Source: an uncultured bacterium
Lineage (GTDB): Bacteria > Verrucomicrobiota > Verrucomicrobiia > Limisphaerales > UBA8199
DNA length: 64,000 nt
Assembly (NCBI GenBank): GCA_963749495.1
Contig: CAVVMW010000006.1
Coordinates: 32,001 to 96,000, forward strand
Direction of reading: 5' to 3'
Below are positions 38,911 to 48,860 of this stretch, piece by piece. A model generated the notes under the pieces. That model saw only the letters and a list, made by a program, of their open reading frames with translations, was not told the DNA's origin and made no database searches. Numbering within the stretch: position 1 is the first letter of the stretch; the number at the start of each line of letters is the position of its first letter. The position numbers and the translations under genes were made by a program.

Positions 38911-40062
38911 ATGAGTTTCAGGTCCTTCGATTGGAGAGGCCCCTTGGCCGTGGCGGCCATGGGTTTGGGCGCATGGGCGGTGTGCGCCGCCCCGGCAGGT
39001 GGTCCGCCGCCCGGCTGGCGGATTGATTTTTCACTGCCGCCCACCCTGGAGGAAGATGTCTCGACCAACCTGTCGCGGTTGAGCCGGAAGACGGAGCGTC
39101 TGCCGCAGGGCGAGCAGGGCGGGCAGAAGCTGCTGGACTTCTGGCGGTCCGGCACGTCCCTGGACGGCCTGCCCCCGCCGCCGCCTCAATCGCCCTTCAT
39201 CCTCATCCCGAACCGGCGCTTGCAAGGACGGCTGGCAAATCAGAGAGGCCTGAGTTCCATGAACAAGGAGGAGTTGCAGGAGTTGCTCCTGGCCTCTCCG
39301 GGGGCCGAAGAAGATCTCTCCAAGTCCGGCACCCGCCCTGATAAAGAGAAACGCTCGCGCCAGGGCCTGGAAATGTCACGGTCCGACCGCGAGGCCGACC
39401 TGTCCGAGCCTGACTCGCGCGGAAATAAAAACAAAGACGGCGAAACGGACCCGTCTGCATCGCGCAAGAAAGACAACAAATCTGAGCCGTCCGACCAGCT
39501 TGATTCGCGGGACGACTCCGAGATGCCTGCGGATCTCCGGGAGACCCTCAAAGAGTTTCGGCAACAGCGGGGCGACGAGGTCACCGCTGACTTTCTCTCG
39601 ACGCCCTCGCGGGCAAACCTCGGCCTCTCGGAGATGTTCGGTTCCAGGAGCCAGAAGGCCTCCGTGTTTGACAACGTGGCGCACAACCGGGAGGCGCTGG
39701 AGAACTTCAAGCGGGCGACCGAAGGGAAGACGGCCCTGGATAAGGCCATCGGTCCTCAGTTCTTCACCGGCCCGTCACTCTCCCTGACCCCTGTGGCCAA
39801 TCCGCTCGAGTCGCCGGCCGATTCCCCGGGCAGCCTCGACCTGCTCCAGAGCCGGGCGTTGCGCTTGTCCGACCTCCAGGGCGGCGGGTTCGATTCGCCG
39901 TTCAGCACGACGCGGCTGGCACCGTCCTCGAGCTTTTCCGATGGCAAGTTCGCAATGCCATCGACCTACCTGCTCGAGCCGCCCAAGTTCCAGGCCCCGC
40001 AGCAGCCGATTCTGCCCCCCCCCACGCCCACCTTCGTCTTCCCAAAACGCGCATTCCAGTGA
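38911..40062 (+). CDS. Hypothetical secreted low-complexity protein
   Basis: Signal-peptide-like N-terminus, charged Ser/Pro-rich body, ends FPKRAFQ. Confidence 0.6.
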   Translation: MSFRSFDWRGPLAVAAMGLGAWAVCAAPAGGPPPGWRIDFSLPPTLEEDVSTNLSRLSRKTERLPQGEQGGQKLLDFWRSGTSLDGLPPPPPQSPFILIPNRRLQGRLANQRGLSSMNKEELQELLLASPGAEEDLSKSGTRPDKEKRSRQGLEMSRSDREADLSEPDSRGNKNKDGETDPSASRKKDNKSEPSDQLDSRDDSEMPADLRETLKEFRQQRGDEVTADFLSTPSRANLGLSEMFGSRSQKASVFDNVAHNREALENFKRATEGKTALDKAIGPQFFTGPSLSLTPVANPLESPADSPGSLDLLQSRALRLSDLQGGGFDSPFSTTRLAPSSSFSDGKFAMPSTYLLEPPKFQAPQQPILPPPTPTFVFPKRAFQ

Positions 40063-40069
40063 CCTGCCC

Positions 40070-40819
40070 CTAAAACAACCTGGGGTAGGCCTGCAGATAC
40101 CGCTCGATGCTCGTCGGCGTGATCAGGAGGAATCGCTGGTCGAATTCCGTTTGGGCGTCCCTGCCCAGCGGTTGGTCCTCCGGCGGGGCGCCGGGTTTGT
40201 TGAGGACCATGGCGGCTATCTTCCCGCTGCGGACCGCCTGGCCAATGGCGGCTTGATTGCCCACCATTCGCAAGTCCGGCAGGAGCAGGGCGAACTTCTT
40301 GCCCCCGGCCGCCTGCCAGGTCCGGGTCTGCCGGACGTTGACCGGCAGCCCGATCAGGCTCACCAGGATCTCCGCCTGCGGGTATTGGCGCGCGACCTTG
40401 TCCAGGGCGTTGTCGGCCACCAGGTAGCTGAGCGGCGTCGTGGTGGCGCGGTCGATCCCCGCCGCGCGAGGGTGCTCCAGTGCCCCGGGCTTCAACTCCG
40501 GGAAGACGACACCCTCGATCCTCACCGCCGTCCCCAAACCCTGCCGCAAACCGCGCACCCCGGCCTTTTCATACTCGTATATCTCCCGCGGCTGGCCCGC
40601 CAGGTTCGAGAACGGGTTGGATAGGACGATGGCCCGCCCGCCGGGATACTGCCGGGCCAGGTACTGCCCCAGAAACCGCATGGCCAGCTCGCGCTGCCCT
40701 AACGGCCGGCCGCCGAAAAGGCCGCGCAGAATGTGAAACTGCGCCTCGACCAAGCCCAGGCTCAAGATCAACAACACGACGGCGCCCGCCAGTTGCATTG
40801 CGCGTTCGTGCTTCTTCAT
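40070..40819 (-). CDS. Hypothetical membrane-anchored periplasmic protein
   Basis: N-terminal TM segment, alpha/beta pattern (ILVSLIGLP, SGKIAAMVL, ITPTSI). Confidence 0.7.
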   Translation of the reverse strand: MKKHERAMQLAGAVVLLILSLGLVEAQFHILRGLFGGRPLGQRELAMRFLGQYLARQYPGGRAIVLSNPFSNLAGQPREIYEYEKAGVRGLRQGLGTAVRIEGVVFPELKPGALEHPRAAGIDRATTTPLSYLVADNALDKVARQYPQAEILVSLIGLPVNVRQTRTWQAAGGKKFALLLPDLRMVGNQAAIGQAVRSGKIAAMVLNKPGAPPEDQPLGRDAQTEFDQRFLLITPTSIERYLQAYPRLF

Positions 40820-40999
40820 GCCGCCAGAGCCTAACCCGCTTGCGGCCCGCGGGGAAGTCCTGTTCTCTGCGAAGGTTTTTCAACCACGGATCACACGGAT
40901 GGCACGGATAAAAGAAATCCGTGTTTGTCCGTGTCATCCGTGGTTAATTCCTGTGCCGCTCTGCGTTCTCCGCGTCTCCGCGTCTCCGCGTCTGAGTGG

Positions 41000-41405
41000 C
41001 TACCACTGGCGGACCCGGTAAAACCGCTGCGCCGCTGCCGCGGTGGCATCGCTCAGGACCTGCGTGCGGCCATTGCCGGCGATCAGGGGCAGCGGCGTCC
41101 AGGCGCTATCGGTCAGCGCGTTCTTGTCCTCGAGCCGATAGACCCGGCCGCTTTGGGTCGGCACATTGGTCTGGCCGTAGGAGTTGTCGCCCCAGGCTAT
41201 GACTTCGGCCAATGAGAGCATTGCGCCCGGGCTGAAGGCCGAACCGAGCTGGTTCATCACCAACACGCTGTACGTGCCCAGATTCGATGCCTGGACATTG
41301 GTGATGACCACCGTGGCATTAGTCGCGCCGTCAATGTTCGGGCCATTGAAGGGCCATTGGTAGCTCAAGGGCGGCATCCCCGCCGCAGTGACCGAAAAAA
41401 CATTA
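41000..41405 (-). pseudogene. Remnant of Ig-domain/RCC1-repeat surface protein with C-terminal FYR motif
   Basis: FSVTAAGMPPLSYQW..NG.NIDGATNAT...GTYSVLV (Ig); VIAWGDNSYGQTNVP (first RCC1 repeat) fused straight to TQSGRVYRLE...QRFYRVR. Confidence 0.7.
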
Positions 41406-41489
41406 GGGGTGCCCCTCCTGGTGCTTGGCTCCTCGGTGCTTGAGCGCCCCCCGGGCAAATAGGCTCCAGGTGACAGACGGACTTTGTCG

Positions 41490-41700
41490 CCCGGCCCAAG
41501 GGGCCGGCAGAGCCCAGCCCAGGGCTGAGGCCGTTAGGCCGATGCCCTGGGTACAGGCCCAACGAAATCAATCGCGCCCTGGAAGGGCGCAAGACTCTGG
41601 CGGCCCTTCAGGGCGCGAGGTCCGTCTCTGCAACGAAACCCAGGGCATCGGCCTGGTGGCCTCAGCCCTGGGCTAGGCTCTGGCGGCCCTTTGGGCCGGG
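41490..41700. repeat. Long palindromic REPIN-like element; partial second copy at about 57466-57560
   Basis: GCCCAGGGCTGAGGCC..AGGCCGATGCCCTGGGT paired with ACCCAGGGCATCGGCCT..GGCCTCAGCCCTGGGC. Confidence 0.75.
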
Positions 41701-41939
41701 ACGAGGGGCACGCCGGTATTTGGCGGCCCAGCGGGATGGGGCACCCCGAAACGTTCGAATCGCCTATGGCATCTGTTCAAAGAGCGGCGGGATGCGCCGC
41801 ACTCCAGGCGCTTCGCGACGGACGGACGCGCGTCCTTTCCTCGCGAAGCGTCTGGAGTGCGCGGCATTCCCTCGGTTTCGCGGCCGGGAACGACGGGTTG
41901 TGAGAAGTTTACATGTGCCCGCCACGCGAGCCCGGAGTT

Positions 41940-44214
41940 TCAACGTTCGGCATGTCTGAGTCTTGCCTGCACGACCGAATAAGCTTCGAGCACGATCGAA
42001 AGTGAGCCGTTCTGGACTTCGGTTTCAGAGCGGACCGGTTGGATGGCAGCGGGTTGGGTGAGGGAGTTGACGGCCCACGGGGCGGGGCCGGAGAGGGTGT
42101 GGAGTTGGGCCTTGGCGGCGGCGGGGAAACCATCGAGTTGGATTTTCAGGCGGATGGGGCCGGCGGTGCCGCGATGGACCAGGGAAAGGAGCAGGTCGCC
42201 GTTGGGGGCCACGGCGGCCAATGCGTCCACAGCGGGGAAGGTTGGTTCGCCGGCGGCGTTCTTGATGTCCGGGAGAATCATCGCCGCCCGTTCGAGGGGC
42301 GCCTGCAATTCTGTCCGGGCGGGGCGCGCCTCGGCAAAGTCGGCGAAAAAGAGGTTGGCGTAGTAACAGGGATTGGGATAGACGCGCTCGTGTTCTTTGC
42401 GCAAGCCGCCGCCGTGGTTCACGGTCGCGGAGTGGGTGATCAACTCCACGAACGGCTGGAGCCGGGCGGCGCGGTGATAGATGAGCGTGTCATAGAGCGC
42501 CTCGGCCAGGGTGCCGGGGTTGACCAGGTTCTGCGGGCCGAGCTGCGCGGGACCCGTTGCACTCCCGCGGCCGCCGCCAATGTGCGCGAACATCTGGAGT
42601 TCGGTGACGGCCAGGCGCGGGTCACGCAGCCCGGCCTGCTCCATGTCCTGGCGCAAGGCGCGCCATTTGCCCTCCAGGATGTCGGGCACGCGCATGAAAT
42701 CGCGGAAGACGGCCAGCGGCTCCGAGGTCCGGTCGAGATCGCCGCCAATGAGCGGATGATCGGTGATGGAACGTAGGCCGGCGCCGGCGCCGGCGATGAG
42801 GATGTCGTTCCAGTTTTTGCCCCACATCGCCGGGGCGCCGCAGGCATAGAGGGCTACCGAGGGATCGGCCTTGCGCATCGCGGCGGCGAATTGCTGGTAG
42901 CGGTCCACGTAACCGCTGGGCGTGGTCCAATGCGCCTGCCAGCGGCCCCAGAGTTCGTTGCCGATTTCCCAATCCCGGATGGCATAAGGTTCAGGATGGC
43001 CGTTGGCGGCCCGGCGGGCGCCCAGGGGCGAGGTCGCCGGGCCGTTGCAGTACTCGACCCAGCGGGCGGCTTCATCCGGCGTGCCGGTGCCCGCGTTGAC
43101 GCAGATCATCGGCTCGCATCCCACCGCCCGGCAAAAGGCGATGAACTCGTCCGTGCCGAACGTGTTCGGCTCGACCCCGCCCCAGGCATAGTTGGGCAGG
43201 GTAGGGCGGCGCTCGGCCGGTCCGACTCCGTCCTCCCAATGATAGGCGCTCACGAAATTGCCGCCCGGCCACCGCAGCAATGGCAGGCGCGCCTCCTTGA
43301 GCAGGCGCACCACGTCCGGGTCGGCCCCCCCGACGTGGTCCGCAGGCCGCAGAAAGAGGTGCGCGATGACCAGTTGCCCGCCAGATTCGCTCGACAGGAC
43401 CAGGCAATAGGCACCCCTCACCCCGGCCCTCTCCCCGTCCGACGGGGCGAGGGAGGTCGGACCCCTAACCCCGGCCCTCTCCCCGTCGGACGGGGAGAGG
43501 GAGGAGGGGAGCTCGCCTTCCACGGCCAGAGTGCCTGCGAGCCTCTGCCAACCCGGTGAAAGGCCCGTGAGCGTTGCCTCCGCGCAGGGCCGCTCGGTCC
43601 CCTGGCGCCGGAGACAGAGCTTGAGCGCGCTCAGGCCGGGCGAGCGCGCCAGCAACTCGAATTCGTATTTCCGGGTGCGGTGCAGGGGCAGCCACGTCCA
43701 TTGCTGGATGCCCGCTCCCGCCTTGAGCTCGACCCGTTGGGCCCGCCCGCCATAAGGGCCGGTATCCGGGCTCACCTGCACCGCGTCGCGGCTGCCGGCC
43801 CTGGCCCAAAAGCAGGCCAGACCGTCCCGGCGCGCCTCGAGGCATGTTTGCGACCTCCTCTTCGGGCCAGCCGCAGCGGCTTCCCTGGCGGCGCGCCTCA
43901 GCCTCGATCCGCTCACGCTCGGACAGGAACGTAACGATGCCGTCGGGAGTCGTTCCGCCCGTCGCGAAGGGAAACTCGGCGAAGGTCGGATTGCGCAGGA
44001 TCTGGGCATCCATGCCGTTGTAGATGTTGGCGCCCAGGTGTTCGCAGAATTTGCCGGTGAGGTTGCGCGGGATGCGATGAGGGGCCAGTTCGGCGGCGTG
44101 GACCACAAGAGTGGCTTCGCCTCCGGCCGCCTCGGCGGCGCGGGCCGGGGCCGGGCCGGTTAGGACAAGGCAGAGCAAGACGACGGCCAGTTGAGACGCA
44201 AAGGGCTTTTGCAC
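41940..44214 (-). CDS. GH51 alpha-L-arabinofuranosidase-like protein (frameshift near 43850)
   Basis: GKFCEHLG, LRWPGGNFVSAYHWEDGVGP, FGTDEFIAFC, WEIGNELWGRWQ. Confidence 0.88.
43414..43503. repeat. Two tandem palindromic elements inserted in frame in the GH51 gene
   Basis: CCCCTCACCCCGGCCCTCTCCCCGTCCGACGGGGCGAGGGAG and a near-identical copy 48 nt later; encodes SL(S/A)PSDGERAGVRG twice. Confidence 0.85.
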
Positions 44215-44239
44215 TGGGGAGGAACTGGGTTTTGCTTGG

Positions 44240-44330
44240 CGTCCCTTTTGTCGTTTTCGTCCCTTTTGTCCCTCTGGTCTCTTGCGGAAGGGACAAAAGG
44301 GACGGAAGGGACAAAAGGGACGGAAGGGAC
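44240..44330. repeat. Inverted 9-mer arrays (GTCCCTTTT vs GGGACAAAA/GGGACGGAA)
   Basis: Read directly in the intergenic region. Confidence 0.75.
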
Positions 44331-44352
44331 AGATTTGGGAGGTTGCGGCCGC

Positions 44353-45141
44353 TCAGATCTGGGAGTATTCCGCCGGCACCACGGGGAGGTTGGTCACGCC
44401 GTTGGGACAGAGGATCGCTTTGTCGGTGTACTCGGGCATGGCGCTGAGTCTCTTCCAGTCCGGGTGGGCGACAAACCGTTTCCAGGCGGCATCCCGCTCT
44501 TCCACGCTCTTGAAGGCCAGCATGTAGGTGAGATTGGGCAGTTTCGCGCCCACCAGGGTTTGGCCGAAAAAGACCGGGTTCAGGCCAACCTCGCGGAAGA
44601 TGCGGATCTCGCCGGCGTCGTTGAACATCTCAATCTTCTTGAGGCCGGTCCTGAAGCTTGGGCTCTCATAGGTCCGCAGTTGGAAGACGCGTCCGGGCGA
44701 CTCGACGGGCCGCTCGAGCCGGGGCATTCCTCGGAAGGCAATCATCAGCGAACTCTCGATGCGTTTGAAGGCGGGCGCGTCGGACGGGGCATTGAGGAAA
44801 TCGGCGCCGCTCGACACGAAGTCCGAGTCTTGGGCCAGTTGCGTGTGGAGGGTTGCGACCGATTCCAACGATTGATAGGGCAACAGGACATAAACCGGGC
44901 TCAGGCCCTGGCTGGGGCGGAAGACGCCCACGGGCTTGATGCCGAGCCGGTTTAACGCCGGAATCGCGGCCTCCTGCAAGAACGCATCGAGGCCCTTTTT
45001 CTGCGACTCGGTCTCGATGATGAACCGCCGCAACTCGTAGTAATCGCGGCCCGAGGACGCGGAGCTTTCCGCTTCGCTGCCCGTGGTGACGGCTGCCAGG
45101 CCGGCAGCCCCGGAGAGGGTGATGAAGTGTCGTCGATTCAT
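44353..45141 (-). CDS. NIPSNAP family protein with Tat signal
   Basis: MNRRHFITLSG; DYYELRRF, RVFQLRTYESPS, KKIEMFN, PNLTYML, AAWKRFVAHPDW. Confidence 0.88.
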   Translation of the reverse strand: MNRRHFITLSGAAGLAAVTTGSEAESSASSGRDYYELRRFIIETESQKKGLDAFLQEAAIPALNRLGIKPVGVFRPSQGLSPVYVLLPYQSLESVATLHTQLAQDSDFVSSGADFLNAPSDAPAFKRIESSLMIAFRGMPRLERPVESPGRVFQLRTYESPSFRTGLKKIEMFNDAGEIRIFREVGLNPVFFGQTLVGAKLPNLTYMLAFKSVEERDAAWKRFVAHPDWKRLSAMPEYTDKAILCPNGVTNLPVVPAEYSQI

Positions 45142-45382
45142 AGCCGGGGCGAGTTCTAGCAGATGCCGCGATGGGCGTCACGCAATTCTTGCGAGGGGCG
45201 AGGGGCGAGGGACGAGGGTCCGGCCCTCGCTTGCGTTTTGGGAGGGTGTTCGCGCTCGCGGCCGCAGGCTGGCCCGCAAGCTGGGCGCAAGATGAATGCC
45301 CGGATTAGCGCCCGAGCGCGCGATGATCTCGCACGCCGCAGTGGGTGCGATTAAAACTGTCCGTCAGCCACGGCGCTTCTTT

Positions 45383-45567
45383 GCCCCGAAGGGGCTTCCG
45401 ACAATAGCCCAACGTTTCAACGTTGGGTTGAATGCGGCGGCACCACGAGTCCCGAAGGGACGGCTGAGACGCCGGAGGATTTCAGCCGTCCCTTCGGGAC
45501 TTTGCCCATCTTCGTTCGGATCCCAACGTTGAAACGTTGGGCTATTCTCAAATGTCCCTCCGGGACA
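45383..45567. repeat. REPIN-like nested palindrome
   Basis: AATAGCCCAACGTTTCAACGTTGGG / CCCAACGTTGAAACGTTGGGCTATT and AGTCCCGAAGGGACGGCTGA / TCAGCCGTCCCTTCGGGACT. Confidence 0.8.
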
Positions 45568-45614
45568 AAGCCCCCGGAACGCATGCCCGACGCTTTTAAT
45601 CGCACCCCGCCACG

Positions 45615-47605
45615 CTAGGTCGTCGCGGGCTGCGGGTCGGCCGATGGGGTGCGGGTGCCCGCTCCCGGGGGCGGGGCGGGGCGGCGGAAACTGCGCCACC
45701 AATGGAGCGGCAGCAGGCCCAGGCCGATGATGGCCAGTTGGCTCAGGACGAAGGCCACCAGCCATTTGAACGCGGCGTCCATGAACCCGTAGGCGTGCAG
45801 GCCCACGCCGAGCATGTTGACGCCGAACCAGGAGAAGCTGGTGACGATGTTGCCGAAGACGGCGAGGTTCATGATGCCGCGATCTCGGGCCAGGCCGCCC
45901 CAGCGGGCGTGCAGGATGATAGCGTTCCAGAGCACAATGAGCAGGGCCCCGTTTTCCTTGGGGTCCCACCCCCAGAACCGGCCCCAGGATTGATCGGCCC
46001 AGATGCCGCCCAGGACGGTGCCGACGAAGCTGAAGAGCGTGGCAAAGCAGACGACGCCATAGACGATCTTCGTGAGGACCTTGCCGATGGTGAGCGAGCC
46101 TGGCCGGCCGCCCGCTGACTGCGAAAGGATCGGCGTCAGCAGGCCCAGGAGGATATAGATAATGGCCACCAGCCCGGCAAAGAAGGTGGCGGCGTAACCG
46201 ATGGTGATGGTGACCACATGGGTGGCCAGCCAGAAATTAGTATCCAGCACCGCCCGCAGCATTTCCATGGTGTCGCCGCCCAGGGCCAAGTTCTGGGCGA
46301 TGACCAGCGTGACAAAGCCGGCGAGGGAGGCGACCAGGTTGCCGATGCCGACGCGGTAGATGCGCTCGATGATGATGCCGACCAGCATCATGGCCCAACC
46401 GACGAAAATGGCCGACGAATAGAGATTGGTCACCGGGGGCCGTCCCTCCAGCGCCATGCGGAAGACCAAGCCGAAGGTGTGCGCCAGGCCGGCCAGGACG
46501 ATGAGCCAGAGCGCGGAGCGGCGCAAGGCCTCGGAGAGGTTCGGGAACAAGGTGAATGTCGCCAGCCCCATTGCCGCTACCACAAAGGCAAAGAGATAGA
46601 TGATCATCGCGTGAAGGAATGCCTTGACGTTGTTGAAATAGAATTCAGCCCTGCCCTTCTGCAGCTCTTTGCCGAATCTCGGGGCCAGCCAGGCCCGGTA
46701 GCCGGCCACCGCGCGGTTGAAGTCCTGGACCTGGTTGTGCCGATAGGCGGTGGTCATGGCCGCGAACAAGCTCATGACCGGGTGCAATTGCCCGGTGCGG
46801 AAGCTGTCCATGATGGCTTCGCCGGCGTTTTGCCAGCGGTCGCCCCCGGCTGCGGGGTCCAGCGGCGGGACCACCAGGGCATTGCCGGCCTCGGCCATGG
46901 TCTGGAACTGGCGAACCGGAGCGGCGACCTTGGCGACGATGTCTTTGTCCATGGCCTCCCCTTTTTCTTTGGCCTGGAGGGCCTTGCGCGCCGGGCCGAG
47001 GTCTTGCTGGAATCGGGCCAGCTCTTTGGCGAAATCGTCCACGCCCTCGGGCTGCAGCGTGTACTTGAGCCGCTGGTAGATTTGGACGGCATTGGCCAGC
47101 TTGATGACCTGCCTTTGGTAGGAGGTCTGCTCGGCGGGCTTGACCTTCGAGGCCTCTTCCCCCTGGCGCATGATCTCCTCTACCGCCGGCCGCAGTTCGT
47201 CGAAGGTGTAATAGTGAAGCCCGGATTTTTCGACGCCTTTGTTCTCCAGCTTGAGTCCGCCGATGAGGTCGGAGTGGTGGACCAGGAAGATGGGGCGGGT
47301 GTCGGCCGTTTCGGGCCGGGCCATGACCTCAAGCAGCCAATCGGTGGATTTGAGTTTCTTGGGGTGGTGCCAGAACTTCCAGGAAGGCACCTGCTCCAGC
47401 GGCACGTCGCCGGTGCTGCGAATCTGGAGCAGGGCGTTGCGCGCCAGCGAATCAAAGGGCTGAACCCGGCCGCCATTGAGGACGGGCAGCCGCCCGAATT
47501 CGCGCGTGTGCAGGGCGCCCTCTTCTTGGGCCCCATTACGGCGATGAGTTCGGCGGCGAAGAGGGCGACGAAGCACCAGGGCAAGAACTTCAGAAGCCGC
47601 TTCAT
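45615..47605 (-). CDS. ccsA: Cytochrome c biogenesis protein CcsA/ResC (frameshift near 47520)
   Basis: WWD domain GGIWADQSWGRFWGWDPKE; FWLATHV; GVGLHAYG. Confidence 0.92.
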
Positions 47606-48852
47606 ACTTTGACTTTGGTCTGTTTGAGGGCGAACCCGGCCCCGGCCGCGCCCGGGGCGGGGTTTGCCGCTGCGGCGGCGGGCTTCCGTTTGAGAGTGAA
47701 CCCGAGGAGGTGCGTCAGGAATTGCCAGGCCAGGCCGGCCCCCACCAGGATGCAGGAGAGGTAAGGCGTAAGCCAACTGGGGTTGTGTACCACCTGCAAA
47801 ACGGTTCCGTGGTCGTCCGGGTCCCAACTGGACTGGTAAAAGGTCTCGCCGGCATACCGCAACGGGTTGTTCATGTAGATGAGCACCTCGCGGTTCTCGC
47901 CGGTTTGCGGGCGCTGGAGCAGCAGGCGGCTGGAGAAGTTCCTGGGGATCTCCGTGCCCGGATAGAGGTCGTGCCGGAACTCCAGCAGCTTGAGGCTGAA
48001 GGGCTTGTAGTGCCGGCGCAGCCGCATCACCAGTTCGTAGGTCCGGTTGTTCCAGGTGAAATTCTGGGTTTCCCGGACGCACTCGGAGACCAGCCAGGAC
48101 CCGAGCGAGCCTTGAGGGGTGACCACCTCGACGACCGCGCTGGGCGAGTCGCGATGGTCGCTGTCGGTCACTGGAGGCTCTTCCGTGAGGGTGGCCGCAC
48201 GGCCAGCGCCTTGCGTTGCCGCGGCCGGTTCGGCGGCATCCGCGGCCCGCGGTCTCACGGTCGAGTTGGCGCAGAATCGCTTTACCGCGACCGCAAAGGG
48301 CAGGGCTGGCAGCCGGATTTCTTTGCCGCGCGCCAGCATGCCCTGCGGAATGGCCACCACGCTGTCGGACTGCGGATCGGTCCGATCGATGATGGCCAAC
48401 TCGCTCTCGCGGTTGCTCTCCGAGTAGTTGCGGGTTTCCCCCTCCCGCAGGTGCAGGACGCTCTCACGCGAGAGGGTATCGGTGGCAAACTGCCCGAGCA
48501 GGAGAAGGATCAGGCCGAAATGGACCAGCCAGATGCCGGTCTTGTTCCCCCTGAGGTTGAACCGCTTGAAATGGGAACAGACCAGGTTGATGAGCAGCAC
48601 GCCGCCGACCAGGTAACCCCCGGGCAGGATTGGGACTTTCATCCCGATGCCCGGCAGCGTCCACCAAACCAGGAAGCTGCGGAAGAACTCGCTCTGGACC
48701 TTGTAGAGGCCCAGGTCCACCTGGGCTAGCGTGCCGAAGAAGACCAGCGCGATGGCCAGGACCAGGCAGGCGACCGTGAGCCACATCGAAGTGAAGACGG
48801 CGATTACACGGTCGAAAAATGCATTGGGGGGTGTCATGGGATTGGGGGTCAT
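47602..48852 (-). CDS. resB: ResB/CcsB family cytochrome c biogenesis protein
   Basis: FFGTLAQV, GIWLVHFGLILLL, YPGTEIPRNFSS, IYMNNPLRYAGETFYQSS. Confidence 0.88.
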   Translation of the reverse strand: MTPNPMTPPNAFFDRVIAVFTSMWLTVACLVLAIALVFFGTLAQVDLGLYKVQSEFFRSFLVWWTLPGIGMKVPILPGGYLVGGVLLINLVCSHFKRFNLRGNKTGIWLVHFGLILLLLGQFATDTLSRESVLHLREGETRNYSESNRESELAIIDRTDPQSDSVVAIPQGMLARGKEIRLPALPFAVAVKRFCANSTVRPRAADAAEPAAATQGAGRAATLTEEPPVTDSDHRDSPSAVVEVVTPQGSLGSWLVSECVRETQNFTWNNRTYELVMRLRRHYKPFSLKLLEFRHDLYPGTEIPRNFSSRLLLQRPQTGENREVLIYMNNPLRYAGETFYQSSWDPDDHGTVLQVVHNPSWLTPYLSCILVGAGLAWQFLTHLLGFTLKRKPAAAAANPAPGAAGAGFALKQTKVKV

Positions 48853-48860
48853 CTCTTCAC

